This document shows, in pieces, positions 45,793-56,100 of a stretch of 64,000 bases of DNA; within the stretch, counting starts at the first letter, position 1, and each line of letters opens with the position of its first letter. The DNA comes from an uncultured Methylomirabilota bacterium (GTDB lineage: Bacteria; Methylomirabilota; Methylomirabilia; Methylomirabilales; 2-02-FULL-66-22), in contig CAWJSJ010000006.1 in NCBI GenBank assembly GCA_963845565.1, positions 1 to 64,000 of the forward strand, given 5' to 3'. The translations under genes were made by a program, and so were the position numbers. The notes under the pieces are model-generated. The model saw only the letters and a list, made by a program, of their open reading frames with translations. It was not told where the DNA came from and searched no databases.

Positions 45793-45995
45793 AACCACAG
45801 ATTGCACAGATGGGTTAGGACCCGGATCCTGCATTAATCTGTGTAATCTGCGTAATCTGTGGTTTCACGTAACACCGGAAGAATACCCCGTGGGCAACCA
45901 CAGATTGCACAGATTCCACAGATTCCACAGATGGCACAGATTTGGCCCCGGGTCCGAACACAGAGAAATCTGTGTAATCTGTGAAATCTGTGGTT
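45793..45995. repeat. Two tandem 9-bp-unit palindromes separated by the same 31-bp spacer (upstream flank of the GxxExxY gene)
   Basis: Elements 45793-45864 and 45896-45995; spacer 45865-45895 identical to 45336-45366. Confidence 0.9.
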
Positions 45996-46002
45996 TCGCG
46001 CC

Positions 46003-46860
46003 TCAGCCTTTTCCTAGCAGCCCGTGGGGGCGGAACATCAGGACCAGGATCATGGCCACGAACGCCAGGGCATCGCGCGGGAACGGGATGGCCACCACCC
46101 CGATCAGGAGCGTCTCTGCCAGTCCGATAAGGAACGAGGCCAGGACGCTTCCCGGGATGTTTCCCAGGCCGCCGAGGACGACGATTGCAAGACACTTGTA
46201 TGCGGGGATGCTGCCCATCGTCGGCCACACCTGATTATCGTAGACGCCGATGAGGACGCCCGCCGCACCGGCCAGGGCGGAGCCGATGACGAAGTTCAAG
46301 GTGACTACCAGCCGGGTGTTCACGCCGAACGTCGAGGTGGTGTCGGCATCCATGGCGGTGGCCCGCATGCTGAGGCCGACGGCGGAGCGGGACAAAAGAA
46401 GCCAGAGGAGTCCGAGCAATCCCAGCGTCACAGTGAAGATCAGGCTCTGTGGAGAGCTCAGACGGAGCGGCCCGGCGCTCAAGGCGGGGAAATGGATCTC
46501 GGCATCGTAGGCCAGGGCATAGGGTCCTGCGACGATGCGGAATGCCTCCTCCATGGCGATGAAAAGCCCAATGCTTCCGATGAGCGGCACGATCCGCGGC
46601 AGATGGAGGAGCGGAGCGTAGAGGAACCGCTCCACCAGGACCCCGACCACGGCGCACACGGCCATGGCTACGGCCAGGCTCAGCCAGAAGTTCCCGAGGA
46701 GCCGGAATGCGACGACACCCGAGTAGGCGCCCAGGGCATAGATGCCCGCGTGGGCCACGTGGAGCACGCGCAGCACGCCGTACACCATGGTGAGGCCCAG
46801 TGTGGTGAGGGCGTACACGGCGCCGGTGGCAATTCCATTGGCGATCTGCTGCCAAATCAT
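46003..46860 (-). CDS. livH: Branched-chain amino acid-type ABC permease
   Basis: QQIANGIATGAVYAL..LGLTMVYG, VLGGLGNIPG, FRPHGLLG. Confidence 0.93.
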   Translation of the reverse strand: MIWQQIANGIATGAVYALTTLGLTMVYGVLRVLHVAHAGIYALGAYSGVVAFRLLGNFWLSLAVAMAVCAVVGVLVERFLYAPLLHLPRIVPLIGSIGLFIAMEEAFRIVAGPYALAYDAEIHFPALSAGPLRLSSPQSLIFTVTLGLLGLLWLLLSRSAVGLSMRATAMDADTTSTFGVNTRLVVTLNFVIGSALAGAAGVLIGVYDNQVWPTMGSIPAYKCLAIVVLGGLGNIPGSVLASFLIGLAETLLIGVVAIPFPRDALAFVAMILVLMFRPHGLLGKG

Positions 46861-46863
46861 GCG

Positions 46864-46937
46864 GAGAGCCTAGAATCGAGAGCCGAGAACGGCGAGCCAC
46901 GAGCCACGAGCCGCGACTGACCGCTGACCGCTGTCGC
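46864..46937. repeat. Degenerate 7-bp tandem array
   Basis: GAGAGCC..GAGAGCC GAGAACG GCGAGCC ACGAGCC ACGAGCC then CTGACCG CTGACCG. Confidence 0.65.
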
Positions 46938-48101
46938 CTATTGTGCGGGCGTGATGACCTCGGGATTGTCCACCACGCCGTGGCGGCGGAACTTGCCGTT
47001 CTTCACGATCTGGAACTGGACGGGCTTCACGACCTCGCCCTTGACGAACTTGCTGATCTTGCCGGTGAGTCCGTTGTAATCCTTCGTCTCCAGCAGGGCC
47101 TTGATGACGTCCTGGCGATTCACGGAGCCGGCGCGGCCGACGGCGTTCACCAGGATCATGAAGGCATCATAGCTCGACGCGCCCACCATGTCGGGGTCGA
47201 TGTTGTAGGCTTGCTTATAGTTCTTCAGGTAGTTCTGCACCACCGGGCGGGGGTCGTCGCGGTCCAGATTGGTGGCGATGATCACCCCTTCCGCGGTCCC
47301 CTTGGCCAGCTCGATGAACTTGGGCGAGTCGAACCCCTCCTCTGCGAGGATCGGGGTCGTGATGCCGAGCTCCTTAGCCTGCAAGGTCATCAGAGCGGCC
47401 ACGTCATAGTACCCCGCAGCGAAGATGAGGTCTGGCTTGGCCTCCTTGATCCGTGTCAGGAACGGGCGGAAGTCCTTCTCGCCGGGGTACTTGTACACTT
47501 GCTGGAGCAGGACCTTGGCTCCGAGTTTCTCGGCTCGCTTGGCGAAGCCCGCCGAGATCTCGCGTCCGAAGTCGTTGTCCATGTTGAGGATGGCGGGGTT
47601 CTTGCTCTTCAAGACCTTGACGGCGTACTCGCCGGCCGCACCACCTTCGACTTCGCCGAGGAACCCGTTCCGGAAGTTGGAGTCGCTGCCCTTGGTCACG
47701 TCCGGGTGGACGGCATAGCCGGCGACCATGGGGACGCGCGCCTTGGAAAAGATCGGGGCGGTCACGCGGGTCGGACCGCTGTAGGAGCCACTGACCACGC
47801 CCACGACCTGGTCCCTCTCGATCAGTTTGTTGGCGATGGCCACGGCCTCTTGCGGGTTCAGCCGATCGTCGTACACGATCAGCTCGACCTTCTTGCCCAT
47901 GAACCCGCCCGCCGCGTTGACCTCCTTGACGGCCAGCTCGACCGACTGCTTCGCACTCGCACCGTCGGCGGCGACCGGTCCGGTGATGGGCGCGAAGAAG
48001 CCGATCTTGATTGTCTCTTGGGCGGTCGCCGGAACGACGAGATAGGTCGCCAACACGGCGACGGCGAGCAGCAGGGGCATAGCCGTTCGCATGTACTTCA
48101 T
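46938..48101 (-). CDS. livK: LivK/LivJ-type ABC substrate-binding protein
   Basis: Signal peptide, IKIGFFAPITG, EVNAAGG.MGKKVEL..YDD, YDAFMIL. Confidence 0.88.
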   Translation of the reverse strand: MKYMRTAMPLLLAVAVLATYLVVPATAQETIKIGFFAPITGPVAADGASAKQSVELAVKEVNAAGGFMGKKVELIVYDDRLNPQEAVAIANKLIERDQVVGVVSGSYSGPTRVTAPIFSKARVPMVAGYAVHPDVTKGSDSNFRNGFLGEVEGGAAGEYAVKVLKSKNPAILNMDNDFGREISAGFAKRAEKLGAKVLLQQVYKYPGEKDFRPFLTRIKEAKPDLIFAAGYYDVAALMTLQAKELGITTPILAEEGFDSPKFIELAKGTAEGVIIATNLDRDDPRPVVQNYLKNYKQAYNIDPDMVGASSYDAFMILVNAVGRAGSVNRQDVIKALLETKDYNGLTGKISKFVKGEVVKPVQFQIVKNGKFRRHGVVDNPEVITPAQ

Positions 48102-48436
48102 GATGCGGTCCTCCTTTTCGTGAGGTCAGATTCAACCGCGGTTCCGCCGAGTTCGGCCCTGGCACATGATCGCGGTAATTAGGCCACGGAAGGGCAGCCC
48201 CCGTCAAGGGCCGACCAGCGTTGTGTCGGGGAATCAGGCAAGCGCCCCTTCGGCTTGCGAGCGACGCGGAGTTGCGCCGACGAATCCTCGGCGGCCAACC
48301 ATCGCGTCGCCGCCGGTGTCTCTGTCAAGGGAGATCCGAAGTCACTCCGGGCGTTGCGCAAGATCGCCACGCTGAAATCTGAATGCGAGATGCGGACTGG
48401 TGCCGCGCCCAGCGTCACTAGCGTCGCCAGGGAAGC

Positions 48437-48465
48437 TTGACAAGCATCGACGCAGAGAATAGGCT
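48437..48465 (+). promoter_or_regulatory. Putative sigma70 promoter of wzm-wzt
   Basis: TTGACA-17-TAGGCT. Confidence 0.6.
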
Positions 48466-48609
48466 TCGCAGGAATCGCACCATCACGTCTTTTTGATGGC
48501 ACTCCAATCATGGGGACGCCGCCCATTGCCATCCGCGTCGAGTATTCCGTCTTGCACGGCGGAGTGACGCGACTATCGTTTCGTTTGACCGGCTTGGGAC
48601 CTGACCTCT

Positions 48610-49389
48610 ATGCGCTTTCCGACTACGCGGGAACGGGAGTATCTGAAGGACCTCCTTGTCGTCTTGACGCAAAAGGAGGTCAAGCTGCGTTACAAGAGCA
48701 GTTGGCTCGGGTACCTGTGGTCCGTCGCAAATCCGTTGGCGTTTGCCGCTCTGTATTTCGTCGCATTCAGCGTTTACATGCGGGTGGATATCCCGCGGTA
48801 TCCGTTGTTCCTCATTGCAGGGCTGTTCCCTTGGCAATGGATCGCCAATTCGACGGGCGCCGCACCGAACCTTTTTTTGACAAACACGAGCCTGATCAAA
48901 AAGATCAGGTTCCCACGAAATGTCCTGGTTGGGGCGGCGGTCCTGAACGATGGCATCCATTTTCTGTGCTCCATCCCGGTCCTGGTGGGATTTCTTCTGG
49001 CGTACGGCTCTCGCCCGTCGTGGTCCTGGCTGATTGGCATTCCGGTCCTCGCGCTGGGACAGTCGTTGCTCGTGTACGGACTCGCCTTGACCATAGCCAG
49101 CCTGAATCTTTTTTTCCGGGACCTGGAACGCCTCACGACACTCGTCGTCACGTTTCTATTTTTCCTGACGCCGATCGTTTATTCGGAATCCATGATTCCC
49201 GAAAAGTACCGTGCTCTTCTCTATCTCAATCCGGTTGCCCCGCTTATTCTGAGCTGGCGAGAGCTTTTCCTGTCCGGCGGTCTCGATTGGTCCGTCATTT
49301 CCCTCGGGTATCTCTACGCGGCCGGAGTGTTTGTGGTCGGGTCGCTCATCTATATGAAACTGTCGTGGAAGTTCGCCGAGGTCGTATGA
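48610..49389 (+). CDS. wzm: Polysaccharide ABC exporter permease
   Basis: RYKSSWLGYLWS, LIKKIRFP, FRDL, TPIVY, LNPV. Confidence 0.93.
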   Translation: MRFPTTREREYLKDLLVVLTQKEVKLRYKSSWLGYLWSVANPLAFAALYFVAFSVYMRVDIPRYPLFLIAGLFPWQWIANSTGAAPNLFLTNTSLIKKIRFPRNVLVGAAVLNDGIHFLCSIPVLVGFLLAYGSRPSWSWLIGIPVLALGQSLLVYGLALTIASLNLFFRDLERLTTLVVTFLFFLTPIVYSESMIPEKYRALLYLNPVAPLILSWRELFLSGGLDWSVISLGYLYAAGVFVVGSLIYMKLSWKFAEVV

Positions 49390-50123
49390 CCGCCGTACGG
49401 TTTGAGCATGTGTCCAAGTCGTATCCGATCTATAGCCAGATCTTGACTGGGCTCAAGGCGTCTCTGCTGAATGTGCCCCAGACGATCCAACGGTTCAAGC
49501 GGCACCGGTTTATGGCATTGGATGATGTGTCGTTTGAGGTCGGGCAGGGAGAATCGGTTGGCGTGATCGGGTCGAACGGGTCGGGAAAAAGCACGACCCT
49601 CGCGTTGACCGCCGGCGTTCTGCGGGCGCAATCGGGCAGGGTCGAGGTCCGGGGGCGCGTGTGCCCATTGCTCGAGCTCGGTGCGGGATTTCATCCCGAG
49701 TTGACCGGCCGCGAGAACATCCTTCTCAATGGTATCCTCCTTGGACTCACGCGGCGAGAGATCCTCGCACGAATGGACGAAATCATCGCCTTCAGCGAGC
49801 TGGAATCTTTCCTCGACCAGCCGCTCCGTACGTACTCCAGCGGCATGTACGCCCGGCTAGGCTTCTCGGTTGCCGTGCATCTGGAACCCGAAGTGTTTTT
49901 GATCGATGAAGTTCTGGCCGTCGGCGATTTGCGGTTTCAGGCGAAGTGTCGGGAGAAGCTTGAAGAATTCAAGAAGCGCCGTGTCACCATCGTGCTCGTC
50001 TCACATTCGCTGGCCGAAGTGCGCGGTTTCTGCGAGCGTGTGATCTGGCTGAAGGACGGAAAAGTCGCGGCCGACGGGGAGCCGGGTTCTGTCATCGCTC
50101 GGTACGAGGCAGCCATGGCTTGA
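49386..50123 (+). CDS. wzt: Polysaccharide ABC exporter ATPase (no C-terminal carbohydrate-binding module)
   Basis: GSNGSGKST, GFHPELTGREN, YSSGMYARL, DEVLAVGD. Confidence 0.93.
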   Translation: MTAVRFEHVSKSYPIYSQILTGLKASLLNVPQTIQRFKRHRFMALDDVSFEVGQGESVGVIGSNGSGKSTTLALTAGVLRAQSGRVEVRGRVCPLLELGAGFHPELTGRENILLNGILLGLTRREILARMDEIIAFSELESFLDQPLRTYSSGMYARLGFSVAVHLEPEVFLIDEVLAVGDLRFQAKCREKLEEFKKRRVTIVLVSHSLAEVRGFCERVIWLKDGKVAADGEPGSVIARYEAAMA

Positions 50124-50200
50124 CAACGCACGCGGGGCGCGGGAGGAGGCGAGGGCATCTTCGTGTCCGGTGCACCGTTCAGAAGGAAGGCCGTGAGGTC

Positions 50201-51227
50201 TTACGGTTTGCGCCCAAGGACAGCGTAATCCTGGGGGCCGTGAAAATATTCATTGAAGCGCTCGGCGAGGTTGGAACCGTGCACTTGGGCTCTCTCCGGA
50301 TAAGGATGGAGGGGGACAACCTCGACAGCCGTGAAACCCTGCATCTCCATCACGAACTGCATCAGACCCGCCGGAATTGGTCTTCTGTGGGTGGGATCCA
50401 GGTAGAAGGTGCAGCTGCCCACCATCACGTTTTGAGGATTGGGCGTTTCGAAGATGGCAAGCCCTCCCGGTTTCAGGACGCGGTGCGTTTCGTCCAAGAG
50501 GGCTAACAGCACATCGAAAGGCAGGTGTTCGATGATGTGAAATCCCGTCACGGCGCCAACGGCCATGTCGGGAATGTTCCGCAAGTAGGAGAGCGCGTCC
50601 TCTTCGGCGATCTCGAGACCCATTTCGCGGCACCGTGCGATGGACACGCGATTGCAGATCAGCCCCTCTCGCCTTCAGCCCTTCGTCCCTGAGCAGTTCA
50701 AGCCATTCACCTCGTCCGCAACCGAGATCAACGATGGGCATAGCCTCCGTTCCGACTCCGGCTGCCCGGACCCGGGGAAGATGAGCGCGCAGGCGCATCT
50801 TGATGTCCTCCCGGCTCCCGCGAAACCGATCCTGAAACGCCGCATACCAGGCGTCGCGCGCATGCGCCTCCTCTTGCGCTGCCTGCGCAGATTGAGCAAC
50901 TGTCGTGGAGTCGTCACCAGGGCTCTTTGTGTTGGGGAGTCGGGCGTCGAAGCGTCCTTGTTGGAGATGGAGGGCCGATGTGAGATAGGAGATCTGGCGC
51001 AGGTCCTTGTTTCGTTCTTGCTGCAGCAGCTCGATTCGCATTTCCAGTTCCGTGATCGCTTGAGACAATCGTCCTAACGGGTCAGTTGCGGTGTGGTTGG
51101 GGTCGATCGGCTTGGTGGTGAAAAGGCGGGAGAAGCGGCGGATCACCTTCGTGATAAACAAGGCAAGCCTCCATCCCTCACCGTGATAGCTCGTCAACGC
51201 GGGTGGCTTCAGCGGAAGCCCGAACAC
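50201..51227 (-). CDS. Class I SAM methyltransferase with coiled-coil N-terminus (frameshift ~50650; start uncertain)
   Basis: FQDRFRGS, DLGCGRGEW, then FHIIEHL, LKPGG..IFETPNP, FYLDPTH in the next frame. Confidence 0.8.
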
Positions 51228-51585
51228 TTTTCCGCCGCCCCGGCGGCGCCCACGTCCCCCGGCGCGCGAGACCTTCCTTCCCAGAGTGCTCCGCGGCGTC
51301 CACCTCCGGCTCCCCGGGTCCGACCGAGGTGGAGACTCAAACCGGGGCCGAGGCGCGGGGCTACGATGGACCGTAGCACCGAGGTCAGATCGTGTCAAGG
51401 CGCGCTCGGCCGCGTGAGAGGCCGAGCTCCTCATGATACTTGTTCTCGCGCGTCCCCTGTCGTACAATCCAACGCTAACGCGTCTCTCCCTGTAGGCAGG
51501 CAGAGGAATCGGTGTCTTCCAATTCCACCAGGCAGCGGAGATTCGACGTTCAACCGATAGGGGACGATGGTCTGCCGGATTACCT

Positions 51586-52339
51586 ATGCCTATGAGAGAT
51601 GGGTCAGCGCTCAACGCCACATCACTTCGCCCCACCGGGTTGCCCTATACTTTCAAACCCGACCAGTATTCATCTCATGCCGCTATCGCCAGCACGATTC
51701 GGGAACGCGCCACGCAGGCTCGGGATGAGCCCTATTGCGTTCTGGACATCGGCTGTGCCTATGGCTTCTTGAGACCATACCTGCCTGCGCCGCGTTTCTA
51801 CTTGATCGGGGTGGAGCGTGACGAGAAGGCAGCCGACCAGGCACGGGCCTCTTATGACGAGATATACCTGGCGGACATCGTGACGGCGCGGCGCCTGCCC
51901 CTTCGTTGCCCTGTGAACACCATCGTATTCGGCGACATCTTGGAACACGTGGCGGATCCGCTCATGGTGCTGCAGTCGGTGCACCGGGATTATGCCGGCA
52001 ACACCACCCAGGTAGTGATTTCTCTGCCCAATGTTGCGCATCTGTATCTGCGGACTCAACCTGTTGCTGGGCCGATTCGAATATGCGGACCGAGGGATCA
52101 TGGATCGCACGCACCTCCGCTTCTTCACGCTCAGCACGGCCCGGCGACTTATCGCGGACAGCGGGCTGCAGCTTCGGTCTGTCGGTGCCACTCCCGTTCC
52201 CTTGCCGCTGATTCATTCGGCGTTTGGGGAAGGCCGTCTTCTCTTTCCGTTGCATCGGATCAACAGCCTGCTCGCAAAGACGTTCAAGACCTTCTTGGCG
52301 TATCAATTCATTCTGGAGGCGGATCGTGGAGGAGGTTAG
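51586..52339 (+). CDS. Class I SAM methyltransferase (frameshift ~52050)
   Basis: LDIGCAYG, FGDILEH, SLPNVAH, then GIMDRTHLRFFT in the shifted frame. Confidence 0.82.
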
Positions 52340-53111
52340 TGTACCGATCGCCGAGCGTAAAGTCATTGTGGTGATGCCGGCATATAACGCATCGCAGACG
52401 TTGAAGCTCACATACGCCGGTCTCCCTCACGATCGGATCGACGGGATTATCCTGGTGGACGACGGCAGCAAGGATGAGACGGTCCGCATCGCTAAGGAGT
52501 TGGGGCTTTCCGTTTTTTTGCATACGCACAACTTCGGCTATGGGGCGAATCAGAAAACCTGTTACCAAGAGGCGCTGAAGGCCGGCGCGACGATTATTGT
52601 CATGGTGCACCCGGACTACCAGTACGATCCGACGCTCTTGCCTGAGTTGATCCGACCGATTGAAGAAGGCCAGTGCGATGTCGTGTTCGGATCGCGCATG
52701 AAGGGTATATCCGCGTACCGGCAGGGGATGCCCTGGTGGAAGTATGTGTCCAACATCGCCCTGACGTGGCTTGAGAACAGGGTATTCGGCCTGCACCTGT
52801 CAGAGTTCCACACCGGCTACCGGGCGTACCGCCGCGAGGTGCTAGAGCAGGTGAGCTTCCTTGCCAATTCCGATGGTTTCATTTTTGACCAGCAAATTGT
52901 GGCCCAGTTCGCCTCCGGCGGATTTCGGATTGGTGAGATCTCAGTCCCGGTCCGGTATTTTCCAGAGGCATCCAGCGCGGGCCTGATCGCCAGTGTAGTC
53001 TATGGACTGGGAATCCTGTGGTTGTGTGTTCGGTATTCTCTGCACAAGCGGGGCCGCTGGCCAAGCATGCAGTACACCGTTCATGCCAGCCGGTATCGGC
53101 CCGCCAAATAG
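52326..53111 (+). CDS. GT2 glycosyltransferase (polyprenol-phosphate sugar synthase-like)
   Basis: VMPAYN, VDDGSKD, N.GYGANQK, HPDYQYDP, GSR, TGYRAY. Confidence 0.92.
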   Translation: MEEVSVPIAERKVIVVMPAYNASQTLKLTYAGLPHDRIDGIILVDDGSKDETVRIAKELGLSVFLHTHNFGYGANQKTCYQEALKAGATIIVMVHPDYQYDPTLLPELIRPIEEGQCDVVFGSRMKGISAYRQGMPWWKYVSNIALTWLENRVFGLHLSEFHTGYRAYRREVLEQVSFLANSDGFIFDQQIVAQFASGGFRIGEISVPVRYFPEASSAGLIASVVYGLGILWLCVRYSLHKRGRWPSMQYTVHASRYRPAK

Positions 53112-53114
53112 GTT

Positions 53115-56100
53115 GTGGCGATCAGAGAGGATCACACAGTGCACGGCATCCTGAGGCGTCTTCTGTCGCTCATCGCCTATGGGGTGTTGATCTGGTCTTT
53201 GCCTGAGGTACTCCGCCACCGCAGCGACAGCGCCAAGGTTTTCGGCCGCTACTCGCTCTCCTACTTTACCTGGGTTTCCCTTTACCTCGTGATCGTCATT
53301 GCGTGGACAGCCGTCACGATCTTTGTGTTCCTGCGACGGCAGCAGGCACCCGCCCTGCGAGAGCGTCTTGCCCCGTATTGCCAGAAAGCGTACTTACTGG
53401 GGGTTGCGATTTCTTTGCCTTTGCTGGCGTTCACATTGGTCGCTAATCAACCGGGCGCACTCCCCCTGGCTTTCGTCTTGGCGGGGGCCCTGTTTACCAT
53501 GGCGTGGCTCGGGACTGCACCAGCAGCCAGCAAATTGGGGTTGAAGGACACGGCGCATGTGGTGCGGTTGGAACACACGTCTCTGTCGGAGCGTATCAAT
53601 GCAGTGGCCCGATGGCTGGCTGAAGGCAGGCGATCCGAGATGGTATCCCTGACCGTTATTACGCTGACCGCGTTAACGCTTTTTGCCCCGGTCCTACTGA
53701 AACCAGATCGTCTGGTAGGCGGCCATGACCTGCCGGCACTCTACTACGTCGTTGAGCGATACACGACTGAGGTCATCCACGCCGGCAAACTTCCCTTGTG
53801 GAATCCCTATATGTTCAGCGGGCTGCCGCTATTGGCCCATCCGGACTCCATGGTCTTCTACCCGATACAGGTGGTTTTGCGGTCCGCGCTTCCGGTCAGC
53901 CTTGCGGTCGCGTGGGGATTTGCTATCCATATCTGGATTGCTGGCGCCGGCATGTACGCCCTGTGCCGCTACCTGAGGCTTCGCCCCTGGATCGCGCTGA
54001 TCTGCGCGTTGGCATTCATGCTGAATGGTGGGCTGCTTACGAGAATTCTCGCCGGTCACATCTGGCTGGTCTATGCCCTGAGCTGGCTGCCTCTTGCGTG
54101 GCTGCTTGTCATGCTGGCACTGGAGAGGGGCAGCGCCATAGCGCTGGTGGGAGCGGGCCTGGTGATCGCGATGACGATCCTGACGGGACATCCCACCCTC
54201 CCGGCCTACATGTTGCTATTCCTGGGGCTCTTTTGGCTGTTTCACGCAGTTACCGTGTGGCAGGCGGAGAAGACGCTGCGACAGGTCGTCATTACGGCGG
54301 TCAGGTTCGGCGCGATTCTGGTTCTGGCATTTGGCTTTGCAGCGATTCAGCTTCTTCCCTCGCTGGTCTTCTCCTCGCAGACCTCTCTTGCTTCGGGATA
54401 TGCCCCGGGTGACGCCGCTCTGGGGACGCTCAGCCTTCATCATTTGGCAATGATCTTCCTGCCGGACGCGTATCCGTATCCCGGCCTGGACATCTGGGAG
54501 CAGTTCCCGTATCTCGGCATCTTGTTGCCACTGGCGGCTCCCTGGGCCTTTGCTCGCCCGGAGCGCCGCTCTCTGGCGGTGTTCCTTGGACTGGTGGCGT
54601 TGGTCTCAGTGGTCCTGGCGTTTGGCCAAGAACTGCGGCTCTTCAGTCTGCTGTACTATCTCCTTCCTCCCTTCCGCCTCTTGCGTATTCCGCCGCGGGC
54701 GCTCGTGATGTGGATTCCCTCGCTGGTTCTTCTCGGTGGTTTTGGCTTGGAAACGCTCATGCAGCGCGGAACGTCGGAGGGGAGGGTAGCCTGCGGGACA
54801 TATCTCTATCAGAGGGCGACCCTGTTGCCTCTTGGCATCCTAAGTGGCTTCCTGCTGGCGCGCGCGACCGGGATCGATGTCCTAGTCGGGCTGTCGGAGA
54901 ACAGACAAACACTCATCACGGCGACGATTCTGGGCGCGGTTCTGGCAATCTGCATGTTGACGGCTGGCGCCCCTCTCTATCCCGGAAGGGGGAGCCATAG
55001 AGGTACGTGGGCGGCCGGGGCACTTCTGGCGGCCAACATCCTGTTGGGTTTCGTACTGCTTCCTCGCGCAATCCCGGCTGCCGTCGCCCCTTCCGGCATT
55101 GTCCTGGGGTTTGGAAAACTGGCGATCTTACTCCTCGTCATCGGGTTCCTGCTGCCAGTTCTGTTTCGATTTCCGGGCGCGAGCATCACTTCTCTGCTAC
55201 TCATTATTGTTGTGTTCCTCGATATGTACACTTTCGGGGCGAAGTACGTGGCCGTATCCGATGTTCCGTCTCTGAGCACAGAAGAGCGGCAGGCGCTTGC
55301 CGTGATTCCTCCGCCGCCACAAGGACGTGTGATGCGCGGCGATGCTCCGCTCGCCTTTAACGCGTTAGTGCCGCTGGGGATCAGTAACATCGATGGTTAT
55401 TACTCCGGTATTATGAGCGGCTATACCTCGTTTCTGAGGGGCCTCTCTGCTAATCCGCCGCCGGAAACGACCATCCTGCTGTCCTACGCGGCATACCCGG
55501 AGATCGATGAGCGTGCCCTGGATTTCCTGAACGTGACGCATGTCTTCTCTAAAGAGCCGCTGGCCGCTCCGGGGCGGGAGTTGGTCGCGGAGGTGCCCGG
55601 CCGATACGCCATCTATCGCAATCCGGATGCGCTCCCTCGCGCCTTCTGGGTCGGCAATGCACGGGTGATCGCAAACAAAGACGACGCCATCCGGGCGATG
55701 CTCGATCCCCGCTTTGATTACCGCAGCACCGTCCTACTGGAAAACCCGGTACCCGCTGAAGGGGGCAGCCTCTCGGATGCGGACGTTACCATCACGGAGT
55801 TCGATGGTTCCAGCGGCGGATTCGTCATCCAGGCCAGCACTCCCCGTGCTGGTGTGCTGGTGCTGAGCGAGCCGTATTACAGCGAACGGCATGCCTCGCT
55901 CGATGGGCGGGAGGTGCCCCTCTTGCGAGCAAACGTGGGGTTCAGTGCCATCGCATTGCCGGCGGGAACGCATCAGGTTCGTATTTCCTATGTTCCCACA
56001 TCCCTGTATCAGGGCATCCTGATTACGGTGGGGACCGCTGTCGTGGCGGTGGGGTTGGTCATGTTCAGCCTGTTCCGACGCGGCAGATATGATGCTCTTC

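Noticed and set aside
45253..45995. CRISPR array interpretation
   Set aside because: The units are 9-bp tandem and inverted, the spacer is duplicated rather than unique, and there are no cas genes
45815..46234. ORFs reading through the 9-bp arrays (TDFTDY, HRFHRF, SVESVQ peptides)
   Set aside because: They are translations of DNA repeats overlapping livH and are spurious
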